From positions 1 through 39,374 of the IMG/VR virus record IMGVR_UViG_3300011921_000002: 39,374 bases of DNA, one strand, 5' to 3'. The translations under genes were made by a program, and so were the position numbers. The notes beneath the pieces were generated by a model. It had not been told where the DNA came from. It did not search any database and saw only the letters and a list, made by a program, of their open reading frames with translations. This DNA comes from a virus. Shown here one piece after another: positions 9,108 to 19,800 of the stretch (the stretch's first letter is position 1; the number at the start of each line of letters is the position of its first letter).

Positions 9108-11435
9108 ATGCCGAATGTGCGCACACTACAACGATCTTTTGCTGGCGGCGAGATGTCGCCAGAAATGTTTGGACGCATCGATGATGTGAAGTACCAGACC
9201 GGCGCGGCAACGATGAAGAACTTCACCGCAACGCCACAAGGCCCAGCAGAAAACCGCGCAGGCTTTGCATTCGTTCGCGAGGTCAAAGACAGCACCAAGC
9301 GCACCAGGCTGATCCCATTCACCTACTCGACCACGCAGACCATGGTGATCGAGTTAAGCCCAGGCTACATTCGCTTTCACACACAAGGCGGCACATTGCT
9401 GTCTGGTGGCGTGCCATACGAGATCGCCAACCCATACGCAGAAGCGGACATCTTCGACATTCACTATGTGCAGTCGGCTGATGTGATGACGCTGGTGCAT
9501 CCAAACTATGCGCCGCGTGAATTGCGTCGCCTGGGTGCAACCAACTGGACCCTGACGACCATCAACTTTGGATCACCGATTGCCGCGCCAACTGGCGTGA
9601 CTGCAACTCGGTACATCCCTGCATCATCATCGACCAACGCAGACACATACGAGACGATGAGTTATGTTGTGACGGCCATCACAGCCGACGAGATCGGCGA
9701 GTCTGTCTCATCGAGCGTGGCATCAGTCACCAACAACATTTTTGTTACCGGCGCAACCAACACGATCTCCTGGTCAGCAGTGACAGGCGCATCGCGTTAC
9801 CGCGTCTACAAACTGTTGGGAGGTCTGTATGGCTACATTGGAAGCACGACTGGCACAAGCATCGTCGACAACAACATCGCGCCAGATCTGTCGGTTACTC
9901 CACCGATCTACGACAACGAGTTCGTCAGCACTGGCAACTACCCAGGCGCCGTCTCGTACTTCGAACAGCGTCGCTGTTTTGCTGGCACCATCAACGAGCC
10001 GCAAAAAATCTGGATGACCAAGTCGGGCACTGAGTCCAATCTCAGCTACGGCCTACCAATCCGTGATGACGACCGCATCGAGTTTCGTGTGGCCGCTCGT
10101 GAAGCCAACACCATTCGACACATCGTGCCATTGACCCAGTTGCTGTTGCTGACTGGATCTGCTGAGTGGCGCGTGTCATCGCTCAACAGCGACGAGATCA
10201 CACCGACCACAATCTCAGTTCGACCACAGTCGTACATTGGCGCATCCAATGTCCAGCCGGTCATCATCAACAACGCCCTGGTCTACTGCGGAGCACGCGG
10301 TGGCCATGTGCGCGAACTGGGCTACAACTGGCAGGCCAGTGGCTTCATCACCAATGACCTATCCATCCGCTCGGCTCACTTGTTTGACAACTACGAGATC
10401 AGCGACATGGCATTTGCCAAGGCTCCGATCCAGATGGTTTGGTTTGTGTCGACTTCAGGCATGTTGCTTGGCTTGACCTACACACCAGAGCAACAAGTCG
10501 GCGCATGGCACAAGCACGACACCGATGGCGTTTTTGAATCTTGCACCGTGGTGGCTGAAGGCAACGAGGACCGACTCTATGTCGTCGTCAAGCGCACCAT
10601 CAATGGCCAGACCAAACGCTATGTCGAGCGCATGGCCAGCCGTCACTTTGACTCGATCGAGGGCGCATTCTTTGTGGACTCGGGCGCGACCTACGACGGC
10701 ACCAACACATCGGCCACGACCGTCACAGTCAGTGGCGGCACGACCTGGGGTCCGTCTGATGTCCTGACGATCACAGCATCGACGGCCATCTTCACTTACC
10801 CAGGCACTGGCGATGTCAACGACGCCATTGTGCTGACCGACTCGGCTGGCAAGAAGTATCGCCTCACAATCCGCTCCACGACCTCCACAACGGTCGCAAC
10901 GGCTCGGGTTGATGTGACACTACCAACTGCGCTCAGAAACACCGCCACGACCCGCTATTCGTTTGCACGCAACACGATCAGCGGCCTGACCTGGCTCGAG
11001 GGCAAGACCGTCTCGATCCTGGCCGACGGCGCAGTGCAACCGCAGAAGGTGGTGACCAGTGGCGCGATCACGATCGACCGGGCCTCGAGCATCATCCACA
11101 TTGGCCTGCCATACGAGTCCGACCTGCAAAGCCTGCCGCTTGCCATGGGCATCGACAACGGCATGGGCCAAGGGCGTTACAAGAATGTCAACAAGGCCTG
11201 GCTCCGCGTGTTCCAGTCGTCTGGCATTTTCATCGGGCCTGATGCAGATCACCTGGTCGAAGCAAAGCAACGAACGACTGAGCCATACGGCTCACCGCCT
11301 GCATTGAAGACCGAAGAGATCCAGATCATGCTGACGCCATCCTGGCTGGACAGTGGCCAGGTGTTTGTCAGACAGTCTGACCCACTGCCTTTGTCCATCG
11401 TTGGCATGACCCTTGAGGTTGCAATCGGTGGGTAA
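9108..11435 (+). CDS. Tail tubular protein B / nozzle (T7 gp12-like)
   Basis: 775 aa from ATG 9108 (GGGAGA upstream). The N-terminus RTLQRSFAGGEMSPEMFGRIDDVKYQTGA and the size match nozzle proteins. Confidence 0.75.
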   Translation: MPNVRTLQRSFAGGEMSPEMFGRIDDVKYQTGAATMKNFTATPQGPAENRAGFAFVREVKDSTKRTRLIPFTYSTTQTMVIELSPGYIRFHTQGGTLLSGGVPYEIANPYAEADIFDIHYVQSADVMTLVHPNYAPRELRRLGATNWTLTTINFGSPIAAPTGVTATRYIPASSSTNADTYETMSYVVTAITADEIGESVSSSVASVTNNIFVTGATNTISWSAVTGASRYRVYKLLGGLYGYIGSTTGTSIVDNNIAPDLSVTPPIYDNEFVSTGNYPGAVSYFEQRRCFAGTINEPQKIWMTKSGTESNLSYGLPIRDDDRIEFRVAAREANTIRHIVPLTQLLLLTGSAEWRVSSLNSDEITPTTISVRPQSYIGASNVQPVIINNALVYCGARGGHVRELGYNWQASGFITNDLSIRSAHLFDNYEISDMAFAKAPIQMVWFVSTSGMLLGLTYTPEQQVGAWHKHDTDGVFESCTVVAEGNEDRLYVVVKRTINGQTKRYVERMASRHFDSIEGAFFVDSGATYDGTNTSATTVTVSGGTTWGPSDVLTITASTAIFTYPGTGDVNDAIVLTDSAGKKYRLTIRSTTSTTVATARVDVTLPTALRNTATTRYSFARNTISGLTWLEGKTVSILADGAVQPQKVVTSGAITIDRASSIIHIGLPYESDLQSLPLAMGIDNGMGQGRYKNVNKAWLRVFQSSGIFIGPDADHLVEAKQRTTEPYGSPPALKTEEIQIMLTPSWLDSGQVFVRQSDPLPLSIVGMTLEVAIGG

Positions 11436-11436
11436 A

Positions 11437-11446
11437 GGTACCCGTA
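11437..11446 (+). repeat. GGTACCCGTA(AGATCC) motif, copy 3 (variant, 1 nt after the stop at 11433-11435)
   Basis: AAGGTACCCGTA matches the other copies, and TATCC is replaced by TAAGATCC. It is followed by the hairpin ATCCGG-TGAC-CCGGAT (11449-11464). Confidence 0.65.
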
Positions 11447-11549
11447 AGATCCGGTGACCCGGATACTGTTCAACCATGCAATAACCTGGTGCTGTGGAGG
11501 TAAGGTCAACACAGTCCTCCAAGCCCAGGCGAAACAGGAGATTTGACAC

Positions 11550-12161
11550 ATGGCAACCTTATTGACCGGAACCGGAGTGCAGGCAATGAGCCAGACCGGC
11601 TCCATCTTTGCTATCGGTGGCGCAGTCACTGGGGCGATCGGCTCCTACTACGCCGCACAAAACCAGAAGGCTCAACTGGAATCCCAGGCATCCTCGATGC
11701 GCTTCCAGTCTGACATCTCAGAACTCAACGCGGCCCAGGCCGAATTCACAGCCCAGCAGATCCTGCGTGCTGGCCAACAAAAGCAGGGCCAGATTGGCTT
11801 GCGTGCTGGCAAGATCAAGAGTTCACAGCGTGCATCGATGGCCGCTCGAGGCATTGACCTGGGCGTCGGCAGTGCTGTTGAGACGATTGCAACAACCGAC
11901 CTCATGAAAGAGATCGACATGCTGACCGTCAACGCAGACACCGTGCGCAGTTCAGAAGCCGCACGACTACAGCGCCAGAACTATCTGACCGCATCAGCAA
12001 TGCAAGATGTCTCTGCTTCAAACCTGGCCGCTTCAGGCGACAGCATCAGCCCATTCATGGCGGCAGGCTCGAGCATTCTTGGAAGCGCTGGGTCTGTGGC
12101 CAATGCCTGGTACCAAGATCGCAAACTTGCGGCCATAGCAAGCCGTCTGGGCATCGAATAA
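11550..12161 (+). CDS. Internal virion / ejection protein (small)
   Basis: 203 aa. AGGAG lies upstream. It is Gly/Ala-rich and hydrophobic at the N-terminus, then a Q-rich coiled region. Its position is equivalent to T7 gp13/14. Confidence 0.6.
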   Translation: MATLLTGTGVQAMSQTGSIFAIGGAVTGAIGSYYAAQNQKAQLESQASSMRFQSDISELNAAQAEFTAQQILRAGQQKQGQIGLRAGKIKSSQRASMAARGIDLGVGSAVETIATTDLMKEIDMLTVNADTVRSSEAARLQRQNYLTASAMQDVSASNLAASGDSISPFMAAGSSILGSAGSVANAWYQDRKLAAIASRLGIE

Positions 12162-12170
12162 GGACCGACC

Positions 12171-13859
12171 ATGGCAACAGTACCTATTTACGATTTACCG
12201 ACTCAAGACGCAAGCGTAGGCAACATGCCTGCATTCCAGGCGCCTGGCGTAGAACCAATGCGCGACTTCACTGGCGAGCAATTGCAAAAGACTGGCCAAG
12301 CCGTGCAGTCGTTTGGCACGACCGTGATGAAGATCGCAGACCGCTTGCAAGGTGAGGTCGACGACGCAAAAGCCAAAGAACTCTATAACACCTTTGCGGC
12401 CACAGCCGACACGATTGAAACGCAATACCTGACGCTCAAAGGCAAAGACGCTGTCGGCGCGGCGATGAAGACCAAGAACGATCTTGAAGCCGCATTGACT
12501 GATGTTGTTGGCAAGGCTGAGAACGATGTGCAAAAAATCATTTTGCGCAACTCTGCCAGCGTACGCCTGCGCAGTGCCAACAGTTCGATCATCAAGCACT
12601 CACTTGTTGAACAGCGCGACTACGACATCAAAGAAAGTGGCGCCCAAGTTGACACATTCGTCAATGACGCGATTCGATACTCTGCTGGCTGGCGCAACCC
12701 ACAAGGCGACTTTGCTGTGTACTACGGTGCCGCAAAAGATGGCGCCAACAAGTTGGCAGACAAACTTGGCTACGAAGCCAAGAGCGCACAGCGTGAGCAA
12801 TTGATCCTCAAAGCAACCAACCAAATCCATGGCCAAGTTGTGCAGACACAGATCGATGCGCAGAACCTGGACCAGGCACGCGACTACCTGCAACGCTACG
12901 GCAACGAGATGACGCCGGAGACTTTTGGCCGCGCAAAGAAAGCGCTTGAGATCGGCACATCCGACGCCAAAGAACAAGGCCTTGCAGAATCATTCTGGAG
13001 CAAGAGCGGCAACAACATTGCTGGCGCTTTGAAGCTGGCTCGTGAAACCTTGTCCGGCAAAGAAGAAGACCAGGTTGTGCAACGCCTCAAGATTTTTGAG
13101 AATGAGCGCACAGGCATTGTTCAAGCCGCGCAGAACGACGCCAAAGATAAAGCATGGCGCTCTTACGCAGAGACTGGCAACTTCAGCAAGATCCCGCCAA
13201 GCGTGTTGGCCAGCATGGATGGCGCTGACTTAGCCACCCTGCAACGCACAGCCAAGGCTGATGTCGAGGCACGCACAAAAGGCACCGAGGTCAAGACAGA
13301 TCCAAATGTCTACTACCAGTTGACGCAAGAAGCCATGATGAATCCTGACTTCAAAGATCCGACCAAGGTTGATCTGCGCAAATATTTTGACAAGCTGTCA
13401 CCTGGTGACCGCAATCACTTCATCAATTTGCAACGCACGATTGGCACAAAGAACGAAGCGCCAGAAGCAGTGACAACGCAACAGCAGATCACCGCAGTGA
13501 CCAAACAACTTGGCCTCAAAGATGAGAAGGCTGGCATGTTCACACAAGAGGCCAACAAAGCATTGTTTGCGGCTCAAGTGAACAAGGGCGGCAAGCTGAA
13601 CCAGGCAGAGCGCCAAAAGGTTCTTGATGGCCTTGTGCTTGAAGGTGAAGTGCTCAGTGGCTCGTTCTTCTTGCCTGACAAAAACATGCGCCGCTACGAG
13701 GCTCGCGCCCGTGGTGAAGAAGCCAAGTTCAAGCCAGAGTTCACTGATGCACAACGCGCACGCGCAAGCGAAGCGCTCAAGCGCAACGGTGTATCGAACC
13801 CGACTAAGTCACAGATTGATGCAGTGCTATTTGAAACCTACGGCATTGAGCAGAAGTAA
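12171..13859 (+). CDS. Internal virion / ejection protein (medium)
   Basis: 562 aa, highly helical and charged. Its position is equivalent to T7 gp15. Confidence 0.6.
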   Translation: MATVPIYDLPTQDASVGNMPAFQAPGVEPMRDFTGEQLQKTGQAVQSFGTTVMKIADRLQGEVDDAKAKELYNTFAATADTIETQYLTLKGKDAVGAAMKTKNDLEAALTDVVGKAENDVQKIILRNSASVRLRSANSSIIKHSLVEQRDYDIKESGAQVDTFVNDAIRYSAGWRNPQGDFAVYYGAAKDGANKLADKLGYEAKSAQREQLILKATNQIHGQVVQTQIDAQNLDQARDYLQRYGNEMTPETFGRAKKALEIGTSDAKEQGLAESFWSKSGNNIAGALKLARETLSGKEEDQVVQRLKIFENERTGIVQAAQNDAKDKAWRSYAETGNFSKIPPSVLASMDGADLATLQRTAKADVEARTKGTEVKTDPNVYYQLTQEAMMNPDFKDPTKVDLRKYFDKLSPGDRNHFINLQRTIGTKNEAPEAVTTQQQITAVTKQLGLKDEKAGMFTQEANKALFAAQVNKGGKLNQAERQKVLDGLVLEGEVLSGSFFLPDKNMRRYEARARGEEAKFKPEFTDAQRARASEALKRNGVSNPTKSQIDAVLFETYGIEQK

Positions 13860-13873
13860 TAGGACACAACGAC

Positions 13874-16800
13874 ATGATGCTAGTACCTGATGATGAATTC
13901 AACGCCGCCGCCGCACGAGTTGCCGGTGTAAAAAAAGCGCCAACACTCGATGAGTCAGCCGCCAATGTAATCGATGGCCAGCGCACGCAATTGCGCACCA
14001 GCCTGTACGGCGCACTCGATGCAAATCCTGATGAGGCCGCACGCGCAAAGAATCTATCAAACAAGTCTGGCATCCCTGTCGACATCGTCCAGCGCAACTA
14101 CGCGCAGGTCAATCGCAATGTGCAACTCAATGAGTTTGACGAAACGCTCAAGCGCTCGCCATTGCTTGGCCAATGGTTGAGCAACCCAAACAACGCGAAG
14201 ATCTCGCATGATGACTCGAGCAACCTGGCTGGCATCGAGCGTGAGTACGGCACGATCAAACCGATCGAGCGCTCATTCCTAGAAGAGATTACTGAACCGC
14301 TTCAGCGTGGCTATGCGCAATTCAAAAAAGCCTTTGCACTAGGTCTTGAAGACACACCAATAATCAAAGGATTGCAAAGCCGACAAAAAGCGGCGGCAGA
14401 AGCTAACGGCATCACATACGATCCAAAGATCCAACAAAAAGTTAGCCTGGAAAATTACGATCGCAACATCAACAAATTTCCTGTTCCCGAAAACATTCAA
14501 CGCGGCTTACAAGAAATTGGTGAAGCAACAAGTTTTAGTGAAGGCTTCTCTGCAATTATTCGCAACCCAGCCGCAGTCAAAGAAGTAATCTTTCAATCGA
14601 TTGGTGTTGGCGCACCAGGCCTTGCGGTCACTGCCGCATCCGTGCCCATGGGTCCATTGGCCGTGGCTACTGCCGCAGGCACAACAAGTTTCTTGATTGA
14701 GTACGCCACCACAATGGATGAAGTCATCACATCGCAGGCTGAAAAAATCAACTCATCAGACGCTTTGTACCGCGTGCTCACTGATGAAAAAATAATGAAT
14801 GAAGCACGCGAAAAAGGTATTAAGCGCGGCGTGCCCATCGCATTGTTTGATGCATTGACTGCTGGCATGGCTGGCAAGTTGCTCAAAGGCGCTCGCCCGA
14901 CAGTGTTGAGTGTTGGCACTCGCGTTGTTGGCGAAGGCGCTGTGCAGGCCGCAGGCGGTGCCGCTGGTGAAGCAACAGCCCAGGCATTGACTGGTGAATT
15001 CAAACCTGGCGAGATCTTGCTCGAGGCATTTGCAGAGATCCCAACCGCATTGGTCGAGGTGCCTGGCAACTATCGCGGCACCATGTTGCAAGCTGAGTCT
15101 GCCGAGCGCAGTGCCAAAGCATTTGAGAAGGTCCAAGAGTTTTCACGCGCCAGCAAGGTACGCGCACGCAGTGCTGAAACCTTTGGCGAGTGGATCGACC
15201 AGGTAAGCCAGGAGACTGATGTCACCACGGTTTACATCAGCGGCGAAACCCTTAAGCAATCTGGTTTGGCCGAGCGCGTGGCAGAAGTATCGCCATCAGT
15301 GCGTGAGCAACTAGACACAGCAGTTGCAACCGGTGGCGACATTGCCATCCCTGTAACCGAGTACCAAACCAACATTGCACCGACCGAGTTCAGCACAGCA
15401 CTGATCGACGACCTGCGCATTGAAGGCGAGATGATGACCCGCCGCGAGGCACGCGAGTTCATCGACAACCAGGCTGAGATCATGAAGACTCAGATGGAGG
15501 CCAACGCCAAAGTCGAGATGACTAACAAGGACTTCGTGAAGTCTGCGCGTGAAGTCGAGAATCTGATGTATCAGCAGGTCAAAGCGACCAAGCAGTACAC
15601 CGACAACGCGGCACGAATCAATGCACAACTTGTGCGTGACTTTGTGGTGACCCAATCAGCGGCACTCAAGATCATGCCGACCGAGTTCTACAACCGCTAC
15701 ATGTACCGCGTCGAGCGAGCAGAAGGCCAGCCTGGTGGCATGGCGCTGTTCAATCAAGATCAACGCGTGGTCATCGACAGCGTGCCATTCCGCAACTGGA
15801 TTGGCTCGTCCATTTTCCAAGACGAAACCGGCGCACCACAAACGCTGTACCACGGCACTGCCGACAATGTGACCGCATTTGATCCAGACCACCCAAACCG
15901 CAAAGACAGCGGCTGGCTTGGCACTGGTGTTTACCTGACAGACAGCGCCGACATGGCCGAGGTCTACGCCATGCAGAAGCGCCGCACCGGCACTGCTGGT
16001 GAGAATGTCATGCCGCTGTATGCGCGACTCGAGAACCCTTACATGGCTACCATGGAAGACAAGACTCGCATTCGTGCTGGTGGCCGTGAAGCCGCTGATG
16101 CATTCACTGCTGAACTGCAAGCCCAGGGCTACGACGGCGTGATCCTGGAAGTGGCGCCCGACGCACGCGAGATCGTGGTGTTCGACAACACCGCAGTCAA
16201 GTCGCCATTCAACGATGGCACATGGTCGCGTGAGAACGCAGACATTCTGCGCCAAGGCAACCAGGTATTACAGACCGAATCACTGACTGATGCCGACGCA
16301 ATCAACTCTGAAGAAGATGCAGAGGCCGACGATGTGGCCGCGATCGAAGCGCAAGCCGACATCCCCGAGACTGTCGAAGACCAGGCCGAACTCAAGAACG
16401 CACTCGAGGTGGCCAAAAGCCAGGTGTGGAACAAAGGCCGCGACCTGAAGCTGGCCATTCAGAATGCAGTGCAACAAGCCGCAACTGAGGCTGGTGTCGA
16501 TGTGTCGGTACCTTCGCCACAGACCACTGACTACCTGGTGCGCGTCGGCCTCAAGGACGCGCTGTTTGCACTCGAGCAAAACCCCAACGCGATTGGCTGG
16601 TACGACGAGAAAACTCGCCAGGCATTGGCCGTCATGGCACTGGTTCACCCAGAGATTGCGACAAACGAAGATGCACGCTTTGCATTCACTTGGGCGCTGG
16701 CTGTCACATCCAACGGCTTGAAGGTCGACAAGAACTTTGAACTGGCCGAAAAGGCGTACAGCTACTACAAAGAAAACAAGGTCATGCCCACCAACATCAA

Positions 16801-19800
16801 AGGTGGCCAGGCCCAGGGCGCGATCAATGACTCGCTTGCCTTGTTCAACGAATTGGTCGGAGCCTGGGGCATCAAGAACCTGCGCCAGTTCATGCAGACC
16901 AACTTCACCGTGGGTGAGATCAGCGCGATCAGCAAAGACCTCAAGCCAGGCGGTGAGCACGCAGACACCATGGTCAAGGGCGCGGCCATCATTGGCCCCA
17001 AGATTGGCAACGGCTTTTTCTCCAACCTGTACGGCGACTTTAGTTCCCTCACGATGGACCGCTGGCTGGTCCGCACCTGGGGCCGCTGGACCGGTACGCT
17101 TATCAAGAGCCTGCCCAAGCATGTGGAGACGGCCACCAACCGCCTGAACTCAGCAATCCGTAGCGCAACCCCAGAACAGGCCACACGCCTCTCTGAGGTC
17201 ATCGGCATGGACATTGCCAACACCGAGGTCAATCGCCTGGCTGATGCCATCCAGAAGGCCTCCATGGACCCCAAACTGCGCGAGCAGATGAACGAGTCCA
17301 AGGTTGGCGAAGAGATCCGCAAGGCGGGCAACAGTTTGGCCAAGTACAACGACGGCCAAAAGGAAGCACCGGCTGGCCCACACGAGCGCACCTACATCCG
17401 CTCCGTCTTTTCCCAGATCCTGGCTGAGTTGCAGGCTGATCCAGCCTATGCCGACCTGACCATGGCCGACTTGCAGGCCGTGCTCTGGTATGCAGAGAAA
17501 CGACTCTACGAATCAGCCAAGGACAATAATGTTGACCAAGAGTCAACAGACGGGTATAGTGATGAAGATGCCCCAGACTACGCCAACGCCGCCGCAGGTG
17601 TTGCGCGTACCTTGGGTGTTTCCGATCGCAAGATCAACAACGCATTGAAGAAGGAGTCCAAAGATGAACGCGCAAGACGAGCACGACTACAAGATGAGCA
17701 AGCGCAGGTCGCTGGAGGGGAGCAAGCAGAAGCTGGAGGCTTTACTCAAAGAGAAAAACGGCTCTTTGCAGGCGCAGTCGCCACCAGAATTGCAAGATCC
17801 AATCGAAGCGGCGATCAAAAACAATCCTGGTCTTACACGGCAAAAAGCAGTGGAGATGGCGGAAAAGTTCGGGTTCTAAAAAGCCAACTTGTCACCTACT
17901 CACAAGAATGGAAAGCAGGCGCAGGCCTGGCCCGCGTGTACCGCAACAACGGTATCACGGTGCCCAAGTTCTACGAGTTGGAGCAAGGCAACGCACAGAA
18001 TGCACAACGATTCTCTGAGGCCATCACAGCCAGCAAACAAGCCAGTGGCGACATGGGTGCGGCTGTCTTCGTCTACCCGGTCGAAGACTACCAAGGCATG
18101 CGCCTGTTCTTGTCTGAAGACGGCAAGTCCGGCGTCGCTGTCAAACCCGATGGCGACATCGTGTCGGTGTTCTCGCAAGCTGGCGCTGGCCGCTCTGTCA
18201 TGGAGTTGGCTGTGGCCGCAGGCGGTACCAAGCTGGATGCATTCGAGACGATCCTGCCTGAGTTCTACGCCGCGCACGGATTCGTTGCGGCTTCGCGTTT
18301 ACCCTGGGATGACACCCAGGCGCCCGAAGGCTGGAACAAAGAAGCGTTTGCCGACTTTAACAATGGCGAGCCGAATGTCGTATTCATGGCCCTTGACCAG
18401 TCGTACTACGGCTGGCACAAGATCAGCGATGGCAAGAAGTCCAAGACCTATGACGACGCCGTCGCAGATCAAAACCGCGCTGTAAAGCGCAACAAGAAAA
18501 GGAGAGAAGATAATGGAAAACCCGCAGTCTTTGCCCAATCAGGAACCGGAGCAGGCGGCGTACAACGCCTACGAGCAAGCGATCTCGATGTTGCCAAGCG
18601 ATACGGGACAGCCAGGGATGGAGCAACTTCAGTCCTTGGTATCCACTATTCAAAACAACCTCGGAATAGTCTTGCCGGATTCGCCTACGGAACAGGCTTA
18701 AAAGGCGCAGAGGCTGGCCGTCTGGCTGGCGCTGACTCTCGCCTATCCAACCGCATCCACTTCTATGTGGACACCGGCAATGGCGTACGCCCTGAAGCTG
18801 GTGTTGGCGGCAATGTGCATGCCGTCTACCTGGACAACCTATACGACGCGGCGGCTGACCCGCTTGGCCTACGCGCCCAGGCATCGGCCAATGGCCGTGA
18901 TGACCGTGGCCAATGGTTCAACGCGGTCGAGTCCGCAATCCTCGATGCTGGCTTTGATGGCGTCTACATTCCTGCCGCCCAGGGCGAGCAAGGTGTGGCC
19001 GTATTGCTTGGCCCACAGCACAAGGGTGTGCCGGTCGAACAGCATGGCATGCACGCAATGCCTGCCGCAGGCGCGTATACGCCCCCTGCAAGCACCAAAC
19101 GCAAGTACGCCATGCTCACCCCTGAGATCCGCAAATTCGAGGCCCAGGAGGCTCAGATCAAGGCGGCGGCACCATCGGCTGACCTGCGCTCTGGCACGCT
19201 GACATTTGACGAGGCTGACGCCGAGGCGGTGGCCAAGTTCTTTCCGCCTGCCGCACAAGCCCAGCCACTGCGCCAAGAAGAGCGCGGCGGCTTCGATCCG
19301 AAACGATTGACCACAATCCTCAACGAGAAGGCGGATATGTCCACCTTCCTGCATGAGACTGCGCACTTCTTTTTGACGGTTTACGCTGACATGGCCGCAC
19401 GGCCTGACGCCACCGAGCAGAACAAGCAAGACATGCAGACCATCCTGGATTGGTTTGGCATCAAAGACCTGGCCACCTGGAATGCGCTGTCGCTCGATGA
19501 GCAACGCAAGTACCACGAGTCATGGGCCTACAACTACGAGATCTACCTGTTTGAAGGCAAGGCGCCAAGCGTGCAAATGCAATCGATGTTTGAGCGATTT
19601 AGCGCCTGGTTGCGCCGCGTGTACAAATCGATCCGCGACGAACTCAATCAGATCTACCGCCAAGAAAACGGCGAAGACCTGCCAATCCTGACCGGCGAAG
19701 TCCGCCAGGTGATGGACCGCATGCTGGCCAGCGAAGAGCAGATCAAGCAGTCCGAGGCAGTCAACAGCATGGTGCCGATGTACCAGACCCAGGAAGAGTC

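Noticed and set aside
17889-18485. 198-aa + strand ORF in the same alternative phase as the two nested ORFs, lying between them
   Set aside because: Its translation is typical off-frame junk (Ser/Thr/Arg/Pro/Cys/Trp-rich). It has no SD, and the giant frame here encodes a well-formed GNAT-like module.
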